A DNA stretch of 45,777 nt from Candidatus Nanohaloarchaea archaeon. Its GTDB lineage: Archaea > Nanohalarchaeota > Nanosalinia > Nanosalinales > Nanosalinaceae. The DNA lies in the NCBI GenBank assembly GCA_046539225.1, contig JBKHHG010000001.1, forward strand, positions 1 to 45,777, written 5' to 3'. How positions within the stretch are numbered: the stretch's first letter is position 1; each line of letters opens with the position of its first letter. Below, one piece after another: positions 17,315 through 25,938 of this stretch. The translations under genes were made by a program, and so were the position numbers. The notes below the pieces were generated by a model. The model was not told where the DNA came from. It made no database searches and saw nothing but the letters and a program-made list of their open reading frames with translations.

Positions 17315-18810
17315 CTGTAGACACCTCTATCCAGGATCAGCAATGTTTCTGCGGAGAGCAAAAGCAAAAGCAGCAAAGAGATTGTTGACGCCTGATTTTC
17401 TTTTAATGTAGAGCTGCTTGCGCTCTCAACGTTTACAAACTCTGTACGAGGCTCACTTAGAAAGTTAACAGCTTTTCCATCCTGAAATCCTGTCTCGTTG
17501 AACTTCGAGTTTCTTATTTCTGTGTTAGAGGCCTCAAAGCTTTTTCCAGAATCAAGATCGTTTATCATGTCTTTCCAGACTACTGGATATACAACGCTGT
17601 GCCTGAAGTTTTCGTCCTGGACGTTGTAGTAGTAATTATCTTTTTCCCGGAACAAGGCCTTTTCTGGAGTTGTAAAGCTGTCTGCTGTCGAAGTAAGGTT
17701 GTACATCTGGGCGTCTATCTTTACGTTGTACGGCGGCTGGAACCTGACTGGTTCTTCAGAGGTTTCAGTTGTTTTCCAGTGTGGAGAGCTTCCCTGCATC
17801 AGTATTTTTGGTTTGTCAGAGTTATAAACCTGTGAATTTTCCTCATTGAGTACTGCTATGTCTCCCTGGCTTGATTTTTCTACTCCAGATATTTCCTCCA
17901 GCGCGGTCGTTAGATACCTGTTTTCAGGGCCGTAGTACTCTACCTGTATCTTTTTATCGCCCGGATTTTTTATGTAGGCCTTGTTGTCTGGCGAGAAACC
18001 GTCCTGTGGAAGCTCAACTGTGTTTCTCCCCTCCTTCAGGTCTACCTCTACCTGTTTAAGTTCTTCAGGCCTGAGCTCTACCTGTTTTTCGTTGGAGTTA
18101 ATTTCTACCGTTATCTCTGTTTTTAGAGGCCTGTAGTTTTTGATTTCGACATGGTCTTCTGATACTTCACGGATTCCGTGATGGTTTTCCGTCGAGTACT
18201 CTATCTGCTGGAGGCCTCTTTCTTCTCCGAGTTCTTTGAATCCGTCTACAGTCGATTTCTGGGTGTCAATGTTGGATAGTAGGAGTATTCTTCCTTCCTG
18301 GATTCTCGCGTGCTGTAATGCCGCTGCAAGGTTTGATTCTTCAAGTGTAGGCGGTTTTTCTCTTATTAGATCGGCTGCAGCCTGTCTGTCAAGGTCTTCG
18401 TGAATTTCAAGGTTTTCTCCTGTTATTATAACTGTGTTCTGCGGCGAGGCCTGGCTGAGGACGGTGGAGACTGCTTCTGCGTGTTCTTCGTGCATTGATG
18501 CTGATCTGTCGTAGATGATGACGGATTCCTGTTCTCCGTGGTTCTGGAGGTAGAGGCCTGCTGCTCCGAGGGATAGGAGGAGGATGAAGAAGAGGTTTGT
18601 TAGGAGGAGCAGGTTGTTCTGGAGTTTTCTGAGCGCGTTTTTCAGCCGGCTTTTTCTTTCGTCTTGCTGGAAGAACTCCATTGATGGCATTACTTTTTTC
18701 TCTGGTTCAGGCCTTGTCAGGTAGAAGATTATGATAGGTACTGTAGCTGTTAAGGCGGCGAGGCCTAAAGGGTTTAGGAAGAAGTTCTGGAGGATTTGCT
18801 GGACCGGCAT
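17311..18810 (-). CDS. membrane-anchored vWA domain protein with a BatA-like N-terminal domain
   Basis: 499 aa. 'FFLNPLGLAALTATVPIIIFYLTRPEP' (BatA_N-like), MIDAS 'VIIYDRSASM' (DxSxS), C-terminal TM 'ISLLLLLLLSAETLLIL'. Confidence 0.72.
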   Translation of the reverse strand: MPVQQILQNFFLNPLGLAALTATVPIIIFYLTRPEPEKKVMPSMEFFQQDERKSRLKNALRKLQNNLLLLTNLFFILLLSLGAAGLYLQNHGEQESVIIYDRSASMHEEHAEAVSTVLSQASPQNTVIITGENLEIHEDLDRQAAADLIREKPPTLEESNLAAALQHARIQEGRILLLSNIDTQKSTVDGFKELGEERGLQQIEYSTENHHGIREVSEDHVEIKNYRPLKTEITVEINSNEKQVELRPEELKQVEVDLKEGRNTVELPQDGFSPDNKAYIKNPGDKKIQVEYYGPENRYLTTALEEISGVEKSSQGDIAVLNEENSQVYNSDKPKILMQGSSPHWKTTETSEEPVRFQPPYNVKIDAQMYNLTSTADSFTTPEKALFREKDNYYYNVQDENFRHSVVYPVVWKDMINDLDSGKSFEASNTEIRNSKFNETGFQDGKAVNFLSEPRTEFVNVESASSSTLKENQASTISLLLLLLLSAETLLILDRGVYR

Positions 18811-18844
18811 CTCTACCTAATTTTTGGGTGCAGGGGATTTATGT

Positions 18845-21517
18845 TTACTGGATTCTTTCCATGACCTGCTGGTGAAGTTTCTGGAGTCTTTCCTTCTTGT
18901 CCTCCATTTTCACCACGTCGGTGCTTCCCTGGAGCAGCAGGTTGTGGCTGAAAGGCGAGGGTATATCGGTTTCGTGGACGCTGACGTCTATGCCTTGTTG
19001 GAGGCCTTCGATCACTTCTTCGGCGTGAGGCAGGTCCATTGCATCCTCCATGATCTCCCGATAGGTTTCCTGCACCATCGGAAACTCTTCCCCATGATGC
19101 TGGTTTCTGATTGCGGAGAGCAGGAAGTGGCCTTTCATCTGTTGCTGGCCTACAGTCTTTGAGTTTCCCTGGTAGTTTCTGAGTATCATCAGCGAGCGAC
19201 CGGCTACATGCCTGAACCTTCTCTTCATCATTTCGGTTTTCTTAACAGCTGCTCTCAGTTCTTCTTCCGCGTCGCATTCAGCCAGGTCTTTTAGAAGGCC
19301 TTCAACGTCTACAGGCCTTCTCGGCGTCTGGAGTATAAAACCGTTGTCGTCTATGATCATTCCGATGTTTGCGCCAAACTTTCTCTGGAGGAGGTGTGCC
19401 AGGATCCGGGCGAGTGCGTCGTGAACTCTTCTGCCGTAGACAGTATGGAAGATAATGTTCTGCCGGTTCTCCTCGTCGATGTACTTCTCTACAGTTATCT
19501 TTTCATGGTGGGAGACTTCACCCAAGAAGCTGTACTGCTGGTCGATATAACTGTACAAGGCCTCGGCGGTGTACTCATCGAGGTAGTAGTTATGCATTAT
19601 CCACTGGATGATTTCGTCTTCAGAAGCGTTCATCTCGAGCTGTTCACCTACTTTTTTCCTGAACTCTCCGATCTTGATCCCGAGATCATAGCTGAGAGGT
19701 AGGCGTTCGCTGTACCAGGATGGAACTGTAGGAGAGGCCTTCGGCTTGGGGTCGACGAATACCTTCATGCCTTTGGCGTACCTGAACTCGTAGGTTGAGC
19801 CTCCAAGCGTGAAGATGTCTCCTTTTGTGAGACGGTCCAGGAACTCTTCGTCCAGGCTTCCGACAAAGTTCTTCTCTCCTCTTGTCACTACGTCATAACC
19901 TGTTTCATCGGGTATCGTGCCGATGTTTGTCATGTATATTACACGGGTCATCTTGCCTGAACGCCCGAACAGGCCTTCCTCTCTGTCAATCCAGATCTTC
20001 CGGTATACGTTCTGATCCTCAAGCTCGTACTCTCCGCCGAGATACTTCAACACCGAGTCGTACTGTTCTCGCTCCAGGCCTCTGAAGCAGTGGGATCTTC
20101 TTACAACGTTGAACGCGTGTTCGATGCTCCAGCGATGATCGCAGGCCATTCCAACGATATGCTGTGCCAGTACATCGAGACAGTTCTCCGGTATCCGGAT
20201 TCTGTCCAGCTCGTCTTCCTTGGCGCATTTCGTCAACACTGAGCATTCCATCGCATCATCCCTATCCGTGACAATCATCTTTCCCTTGGCTTTCTTCCCG
20301 ATTTTATGGCCTGAACGCCCGATTCTCTGGATTCCACGGGCGACGCCTTTCGGTGAGCCAAGCTGCAACACAAGATCGACGGCTCCGATGTCAACCCCGA
20401 GCTCTAGAGAAGTAGAGGTGACACCGACACGCATCTCTCCCTTTTTCAATTTTTCCTCTACTTTCAGTCTTTCTTCCCGGCTCATCGAGGAGTGGTGGGC
20501 GCCGATGTTCTCGTCGTAGACTTCAAACATGTTCTTCAGGTTGTTGACAACCCTCTCAGTCGCGCTCCTCGTGTTCGTGAAGATTATCGTGGATTCGTGC
20601 TCCTGGACCAGGTTATGGATTCTGTCATACATCGCATCCTGGATCTCGTTTCCCGGCGTAAAGATCAGATCCCGGACCGGCGAGACCGTCTCAATATCAA
20701 TCTCCTTTGAAGCAGCGACATCGACAATCTTGCAGCCTCTCGTCCTGTAATCCTTTTCTGAGGCCTCATCCGCCATCTCAACGGTTTCATACTCTGTCTC
20801 TTTCTCCCAGACATCTTCTTCAGCTTCAAATCCTACAAGATACGATGCAATATCTTTTATAGGGGCCTGAGTGGCAGAGAGGCCTATCCGTGTAATATCC
20901 TGGTTTGAAAGCTCTTCAAGTCTTTCAAGAGATAGCGAGAGATGTACTCCTCTCTTGTTTTCGGATAGGCTGTGAATCTCATCGACTATGGCGTACTCAG
21001 CGCCTCTCAGGCTTTCCCTGAACTTTGGAGAGCTCAGGATTATCCCGAGGGATTCCGGTGTCGTGATCAAGATGTGAGGCGGTTTTTCCCGCATCGAGGC
21101 CTTCTCTGCGTCGGTGGTGTCGCCGGTTCTCACCGCGCTTCTTACCTCCGGAACCTCTACATCTTTCTGCTCGGCCTTCTGTTTTATGCCTTTCAGAGGA
21201 TCTTCAAGGTTTCTCTGGATATCATTGTTTAAAGCTCTGAGAGGCGATACATAGACAGCGTATATCCTGTCGTCGAGCTCGCCTTCCTCGCCTTTCCTGT
21301 AAAGCTCATTAAGCACGGACAGAAAAGCTGAAAGAGTTTTTCCGGATCCTGTAGGGGCGCAGATCAGTGAGTTCTCATTGCTGTGTATAAGATCGAAGGA
21401 GTACTTCTGCGGAAGACTCAGGGAGGAAAAACTGTCGTTGAACCAGTCCTTGACATAGGGCTGGAAATCCTCCGGCAGGTCCTCGTTGCCTTCACCTTCA
21501 ACAAACTCTATGCCCAT
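18845..21517 (-). CDS. lhr: Lhr-type ATP-dependent DEAD/DEAH-box helicase (with a DEAD/H-associated C-terminal domain)
   Basis: 890 aa. 'CAPTGSGKTL' (Walker A), 'VDEIHSL' (motif II), 'GLSATQ', 'HHSSMSRE', 'TSTSLELGVDIG', 'QRIGRSGH'. Size and the long C-terminal extension are typical of Lhr. Confidence 0.88.
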   Translation of the reverse strand: MGIEFVEGEGNEDLPEDFQPYVKDWFNDSFSSLSLPQKYSFDLIHSNENSLICAPTGSGKTLSAFLSVLNELYRKGEEGELDDRIYAVYVSPLRALNNDIQRNLEDPLKGIKQKAEQKDVEVPEVRSAVRTGDTTDAEKASMREKPPHILITTPESLGIILSSPKFRESLRGAEYAIVDEIHSLSENKRGVHLSLSLERLEELSNQDITRIGLSATQAPIKDIASYLVGFEAEEDVWEKETEYETVEMADEASEKDYRTRGCKIVDVAASKEIDIETVSPVRDLIFTPGNEIQDAMYDRIHNLVQEHESTIIFTNTRSATERVVNNLKNMFEVYDENIGAHHSSMSREERLKVEEKLKKGEMRVGVTSTSLELGVDIGAVDLVLQLGSPKGVARGIQRIGRSGHKIGKKAKGKMIVTDRDDAMECSVLTKCAKEDELDRIRIPENCLDVLAQHIVGMACDHRWSIEHAFNVVRRSHCFRGLEREQYDSVLKYLGGEYELEDQNVYRKIWIDREEGLFGRSGKMTRVIYMTNIGTIPDETGYDVVTRGEKNFVGSLDEEFLDRLTKGDIFTLGGSTYEFRYAKGMKVFVDPKPKASPTVPSWYSERLPLSYDLGIKIGEFRKKVGEQLEMNASEDEIIQWIMHNYYLDEYTAEALYSYIDQQYSFLGEVSHHEKITVEKYIDEENRQNIIFHTVYGRRVHDALARILAHLLQRKFGANIGMIIDDNGFILQTPRRPVDVEGLLKDLAECDAEEELRAAVKKTEMMKRRFRHVAGRSLMILRNYQGNSKTVGQQQMKGHFLLSAIRNQHHGEEFPMVQETYREIMEDAMDLPHAEEVIEGLQQGIDVSVHETDIPSPFSHNLLLQGSTDVVKMEDKKERLQKLHQQVMERIQ

Positions 21518-21541
21518 ACCCAGTAAAAATCTCTGAAACTT

Positions 21542-22342
21542 TTAACTGTGAGACACCACTCGATTCAAGGCCTTGAAGACTGACGCAGAAACCGCGTTCA
21601 AAATCCCTGCCACCGGTTGAAGGCTGTAAAACAGGGTCACGGAAAGCACAAAAAATATCAGGGGAATCCTGCCCGAAAAAGTTTTTTCAAGCGCCTGGCG
21701 AGTCCGCTGCTCAACCCCTGGCTCAGCGCGTTCAGCAGCTCTCTCCGGTAGCTGGGTCTTGGCATCGCTGAAAACCTGCCTCAGCTCCTGCTTGTCACCT
21801 GTAGATCTGGGAACAACGTAGTTCTCCGTGGCCTCCACCGTGTCCAGAGTCCTGTTCTTTGCCACCTCTGACTGGTTCTGGCCGAGGCCTGTGGCATCCA
21901 CCATCTCCACGGTTCTCTCCGTTCCGAAATCTATTACCTGGTTCTCGACCGAGGCCTCGAACCCTGGATCATAAAACGAGTAAAGGCCTACCCCGCCGCC
22001 GATCAAAAGGCCTGTCAGGAGTAGAGGTAATGCGGTTGCCGAGTAAAAGTTTCTGAAGCTTTTCCCTGATGCAAAGTAGGAAGCCGCGGCGTTGAAGCCC
22101 GGAACGAAAACTGCGAAGAACGCTGTCAGGCCTCCCAATGGAATGAAAAATAAGGATATAAAGGAGCCGAGCGAGGCCTTCCGGAAGGAGTTATGCGAGA
22201 TAAACGTTGTATGGCCTATAAGCAGTGAGATCCCGAGCAGAAAAACATAGGTTGAAAGGTTTGAGGTCTGGACGAGCAGGGTCATGGAAAGTGCCAGAAC
22301 CGTCAACGCCATCTGGATGCCGTAGTCCGCGACTTCGTCCAT
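21542..22342 (-). CDS. hypothetical polytopic membrane protein
   Basis: The ORF track extends to 22426 and would overlap the upstream gene by 59 nt. ATG 22342 ('MDEVADYGIQMALTVLAL...') removes that overlap. Multiple TM segments. Confidence 0.55.
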   Translation of the reverse strand: MDEVADYGIQMALTVLALSMTLLVQTSNLSTYVFLLGISLLIGHTTFISHNSFRKASLGSFISLFFIPLGGLTAFFAVFVPGFNAAASYFASGKSFRNFYSATALPLLLTGLLIGGGVGLYSFYDPGFEASVENQVIDFGTERTVEMVDATGLGQNQSEVAKNRTLDTVEATENYVVPRSTGDKQELRQVFSDAKTQLPERAAERAEPGVEQRTRQALEKTFSGRIPLIFFVLSVTLFYSLQPVAGILNAVSASVFKALNRVVSHS

Positions 22343-22367
22343 ACCAGAAGATTTGTTTCTCTCTGAT

Positions 22368-23237
22368 TTAAATACTGGAGGCCATCCTGTAGGCCTTCCT
22401 TGCTGCTTCAAGTGAGTCGGCTTCAACTATTGCCCTGCCGGAGTTGAAAACTGTAAGTATACGGCCTTCAAAACGTATTTTTCTGAGGTACGGGTTTGAT
22501 GCGATCTCCTCGCCGTCGAAGTTTCCGGGTTCTTTATCTCCGAAGACCTGGTACTTTTGCTCTCCGCAGACCTGTGAGGCCTCGACTTTTTTCCCGGAGC
22601 AGGAGCATTCTTCAGGCCTGAAGCTTTCCATTTCTGGTATGATCTCGAGTTTTTCCTCTACTTCTCTACCGGAGAGGTAGTCGACTGCTTTAGCCGCTGA
22701 ACGGGAGGCCGCGATCGATGAGATCTCTCTAAGTATTCCACTGGTTTCGCAGGATTTCTTCGGGTTTACCGAGTCCATCATGCATCTGAAACAGGCCTTT
22801 TCGATGAACATTGAGAGGCCTCGTTCGCCGAGTGCCGCGGTGTAGATCCAGGGGGTCTCCGAGTATTCGTCGATGATGTAACGGGTTTCTACGTTGTCAG
22901 CCCCATCAAGTATAACATCGACGTCAAGGTTTTCAACAAACTCTCTATCGGCGTTTTCCACCCTGGCCTCCACCTCTGTAAAGTCCGATAGCTTCTGTTC
23001 GCAGGCCTTTGACTTGGGCAGTGCCTTTTCTATCTGTTCCCGGCTGTAAATGTTTGAGGAGTAGAGATCGTTTTCCTCGAGGAAGTCCCTGTCGATAAGC
23101 ACAAGCTTGACTCCATGGCGTGCCAGGTGCTCAGCCATTACAGATCCCGTGGCTCCAAGGCCTATAACCGCTGCTTTCGAGCCTTCAAGATCCGAAATAT
23201 CGCGGTTTTTCAACGCGTTGAAACGGGAGTGCATCAT
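22368..23237 (-). CDS. ThiF/MoeB/HesA-family E1-like adenylyltransferase with a ~85-aa C-terminal extension
   Basis: Preferred start is 'MMHSRFNALK...' (23237) rather than the track start 23351. 'AAVIGLGATGSVMAEHLARHGVKLVLIDRD' is the Rossmann/ATP motif, 'DGADNVETRY' follows, and there are Cys motifs 'CFRC' and 'CETSG'. Confidence 0.78.
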   Translation of the reverse strand: MMHSRFNALKNRDISDLEGSKAAVIGLGATGSVMAEHLARHGVKLVLIDRDFLEENDLYSSNIYSREQIEKALPKSKACEQKLSDFTEVEARVENADREFVENLDVDVILDGADNVETRYIIDEYSETPWIYTAALGERGLSMFIEKACFRCMMDSVNPKKSCETSGILREISSIAASRSAAKAVDYLSGREVEEKLEIIPEMESFRPEECSCSGKKVEASQVCGEQKYQVFGDKEPGNFDGEEIASNPYLRKIRFEGRILTVFNSGRAIVEADSLEAARKAYRMASSI

Positions 23238-23270
23238 CAATTTCTCAGGGGTTCGAATCTTTAATAACAG

Positions 23271-24128
23271 TTGGAGCCAAAAAGTTTCCTGGGTGAACTG
23301 TTTATCATTCTTGAACAGGTTAACGGAAGTATAGGAGCTTACGGCATTCAAATCGATACTTTTACAGTTTTACTGGCTCTGTGCGTTATATTCTCGGGTT
23401 TCCTCGCTAACAAGCTTTCCAACTTTCTGGTTGGACGGGGGGTCAGGAAGCGGTCGGGCGATCCTCATGCAGCGGTCACCGCCAAGAAACTTACTGCATA
23501 CATCATCTATCCGTTGACTTTTGTAGCGGTTCTCGGGGTCTTCGGCTTCCCGCTTTCCGCGCTCGGCGCCGCGGTAGGGCTGATAGGCCTGGGTATCTCT
23601 TTCGCGTTGAAGGATATGATCGCCAACTTTTTCTCCGGCGTTCTGATTTTGACAACGAGGCCTTTCAAGGTCGGCGACCAGATCTCAGTCGAGGGAGAGG
23701 CCGGTACTGTCCAGGATATCAAGGTTAGAGCCACTGATGTCAAGACTTATGATGGTAGAAAGGTGATTGTCCCGAACTCTAAGCTTTACAACGATACCGT
23801 TGTGAACAACACGGCATACGATGAGAGAAGGTTTGACGTGGTCGTGGGAATCGGCTACGATGACGACATCGAAAAAGCGAAGAGTAAAGGTCTCGAGGCC
23901 TTGAATGATTCGGAAAAGGTTTCGGATCACAGCGAGCCGCAGGTCCTGGTATCGGAGCTCGGGGATTCTTCCGTCGAGCTTAAGCTCCGTGGATGGACGA
24001 AGCCTTCCCGCGCCTCTCTTGTGGCTGCGTCTTCAGAGGTGACTCAGAACGTGAAGGAGTACTTCGACGAGGAGGGTATTGATATTCCTTACCCGATAAG
24101 AACTGTATTCATGGAGGATGAAGAATAA
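23271..24128 (+). CDS. mscS: small-conductance mechanosensitive channel (MscS family)
   Basis: 285 aa with a TTG start (no in-frame ATG lies upstream of TM1). Core: 'GLGISFALKDMIANFFSGVLILTTRPFKVGDQISV...GTVQDIKVRATDVKTYDGRKVIVPNSKL'. Confidence 0.85.
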   Translation: MEPKSFLGELFIILEQVNGSIGAYGIQIDTFTVLLALCVIFSGFLANKLSNFLVGRGVRKRSGDPHAAVTAKKLTAYIIYPLTFVAVLGVFGFPLSALGAAVGLIGLGISFALKDMIANFFSGVLILTTRPFKVGDQISVEGEAGTVQDIKVRATDVKTYDGRKVIVPNSKLYNDTVVNNTAYDERRFDVVVGIGYDDDIEKAKSKGLEALNDSEKVSDHSEPQVLVSELGDSSVELKLRGWTKPSRASLVAASSEVTQNVKEYFDEEGIDIPYPIRTVFMEDEE

Positions 24129-24436
24129 TGGTTGAAGAGCTTGACAGTGAAGGCCTTGAACAGGCGATGGAATCAGGGGAAACCTGGATAATCGATTTCT
24201 GGGCGGAGTGGTGCGGACCCTGCAAAAAGATGAAGCCGGAGTTCGAACAGGCCTCGAAAGAAGTTGAGGATGTAAAGTTTGGAAAGGTTGACATGGAAGA
24301 ATACCAGCAGCTCGGCACCAAAATGGGTGTCAGGGCCTTACCTACTGTTATACTTGTCCGGGATGGTGAAGAAGTCGGGAGGAAGTCGGGCTACATGTCG
24401 AAAAAGGATCTGAAGCAGTGGATAGAATCGGCCTAA
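24128..24436 (+). CDS. trxA: thioredoxin
   Basis: 102 aa with active site 'WAEWCGPCK'. Its start overlaps the mscS stop (TAATG). Confidence 0.92.
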   Translation: MVEELDSEGLEQAMESGETWIIDFWAEWCGPCKKMKPEFEQASKEVEDVKFGKVDMEEYQQLGTKMGVRALPTVILVRDGEEVGRKSGYMSKKDLKQWIESA

Positions 24437-24906
24437 ATGTAGGAGCTCCAGTCCACAACTCCTTTCCTCTTCTCTTTTTTCTCGATGGCTTCCTCGATTC
24501 TTTCCGCGATAGTTCCAGGCCTTACATCTGTGGTGTCAATTTCATACACGGTAAAATCCTGGTTTGAGGCCTGGCTGAGTATTAGATCCATTGCTTCCGC
24601 CTCCACGTTTTCCCGGATTTTTTCCTCCGGGTAGTCTCTTTTCCTGAGTCTTTCCTCGAGTACATCGGGTCTTGTCCTCAGGATTATGCAGTAGTCCAGC
24701 GTAAGTCTGTGGGCGAGATGGCCTTCAACGCAGCAGTCTTCTGGGAGCTCTTCATCCAGTGATTCGACGTCGATGTGAAAGATCTTTTTTTCTTCGCCGA
24801 GGCCTCTCTCCTGGGCGAACTTTTTCAGGTCTATCACGTCCCGGGTTAAAAGCTTTGAAACGGTTGTTTTCCCGGTTCCAGGGGTTCCTGTTATTCCGAT
24901 TCTCAT
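24433..24906 (-). CDS. Fap7/AK6-like adenylate kinase / nucleoside-triphosphatase
   Basis: Preferred start is ATG 24906 ('MRIGITGTPGTGKTTVSKLL', a P-loop at the N-terminus); the track start 25014 adds 36 aa that do not fit the family. 'VEGHLAH' and 'IILRTRPDVLEERLRKRDYPEEKIRENVEAE' match the archaeal AK6 family. Confidence 0.82.
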   Translation of the reverse strand: MRIGITGTPGTGKTTVSKLLTRDVIDLKKFAQERGLGEEKKIFHIDVESLDEELPEDCCVEGHLAHRLTLDYCIILRTRPDVLEERLRKRDYPEEKIRENVEAEAMDLILSQASNQDFTVYEIDTTDVRPGTIAERIEEAIEKKEKRKGVVDWSSYI

Positions 24907-24987
24907 GGTAGGTGGTGGGTTTGTAAGGAATAAAAGAATGTCTGGAGAATACCGTGTTATGGAAAAGTCTCGGAGAGGTGCACTGAA

Positions 24988-25935
24988 ATGATAGATATAT
25001 GGACCGAAAAACACAGGCCTGACACGTTAAGCGAAGTCGCTGGACAGGAAGAGATAACCGACAGACTCCAGGCCTTTGTAAGAGAAGATTCTATACCTCA
25101 CATGCTTTTCGCTGGTCCGCCGGGCACGGGAAAGACAACGAGCGCGATCGCCCTTGCGAAAGATCTCTACGGAGATGAATGGAAGCAGAACTTTATGGAG
25201 ACCAACGCCTCCGACGAGAGAGGTATCGATGTCGTTCGGGAGAAAATCAAGGATTTTGCCCGGACGCAGCCGATCAACGCCGACTACAAGATCATATTTC
25301 TTGATGAGGCTGACTCGCTTACGGGCGACGCTCAACAGGCCTTGAGGCGTACAATGGAGCAGTTCTCCGACAACTGCCGTTTCATCATGTCATGCAACTA
25401 CTCTTCCAAGATCATCGACCCGATCCAGTCTCGCTGCGCTGTTTTCAGGTTCAACAGGCTGGAGGAGGAAGAAGTAAGAAAGTATATTGAAGGCCTTGGA
25501 GAGGCTGAGGAGTTCAAGATCTCCGAGGATGCAGTCAAGGCGGTTATGCGGGTTTCAGGAGGCGATCTCCGCCGTGTCACAAATGTACTGCAGACCGCGG
25601 CTATTTCAACCGATGAAATCGAAGAGGAAGATGTGTACAGCGTAGCAGCCTCTCTAAAACCCGAGGAGATCAATGAAATACTTGAAAAGGCGATGAACGG
25701 GGATTTCATCGAGGCCCGGGAAGATTTATCCGATTTGATGATTGATAGAGGTCTTGACGGTCAGGATATTGTCAGCTCGATTCATAGAGAGGTTTACGAC
25801 CTGGATTTAACGGGTAAGCAGAAGCTTGAGGTTATGGAGTCGCTGGGCGAGTTCGAGTTCAGGATTACGGAGGGGGCCTCGGCGGATATCCAGGTTGAGG
25901 CCTTGCTCGCGAAGATAGCGGCTCTGGGGGAGTAA
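24988..25935 (+). CDS. rfcS: replication factor C small subunit
   Basis: 315 aa. 'WTEKHRP', 'GPPGTGKTT', 'IIFLDEADSLT', 'QSRCAVFRF'. SD-like GGAGAGGTG at 24972-24980. Confidence 0.95.
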   Translation: MIDIWTEKHRPDTLSEVAGQEEITDRLQAFVREDSIPHMLFAGPPGTGKTTSAIALAKDLYGDEWKQNFMETNASDERGIDVVREKIKDFARTQPINADYKIIFLDEADSLTGDAQQALRRTMEQFSDNCRFIMSCNYSSKIIDPIQSRCAVFRFNRLEEEEVRKYIEGLGEAEEFKISEDAVKAVMRVSGGDLRRVTNVLQTAAISTDEIEEEDVYSVAASLKPEEINEILEKAMNGDFIEAREDLSDLMIDRGLDGQDIVSSIHREVYDLDLTGKQKLEVMESLGEFEFRITEGASADIQVEALLAKIAALGE

Positions 25936-25938
25936 ATT

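Noticed and set aside
18845-21517. Lhr helicase plus the 320-aa MBL exonuclease (4809-5771) as a 'ligase-associated DNA damage response' module.
   Set aside because: The two genes are 13 kb apart on opposite strands. No ATP-dependent ligase or PdeM-like phosphoesterase is in the window, so there is no operon evidence.
22368-23351. Longest-ORF N-terminal extensions of several genes (22368-23351, 21542-22426, 24433-25014, 2399-2998, 3693-4385, 7766-8287).
   Set aside because: The extensions add non-homologous, non-acidic residues ahead of N-terminal family motifs (Rossmann, P-loop), or create large overlaps with neighbours. Internal ATG or GTG starts fit better, so I report the shorter coordinates.
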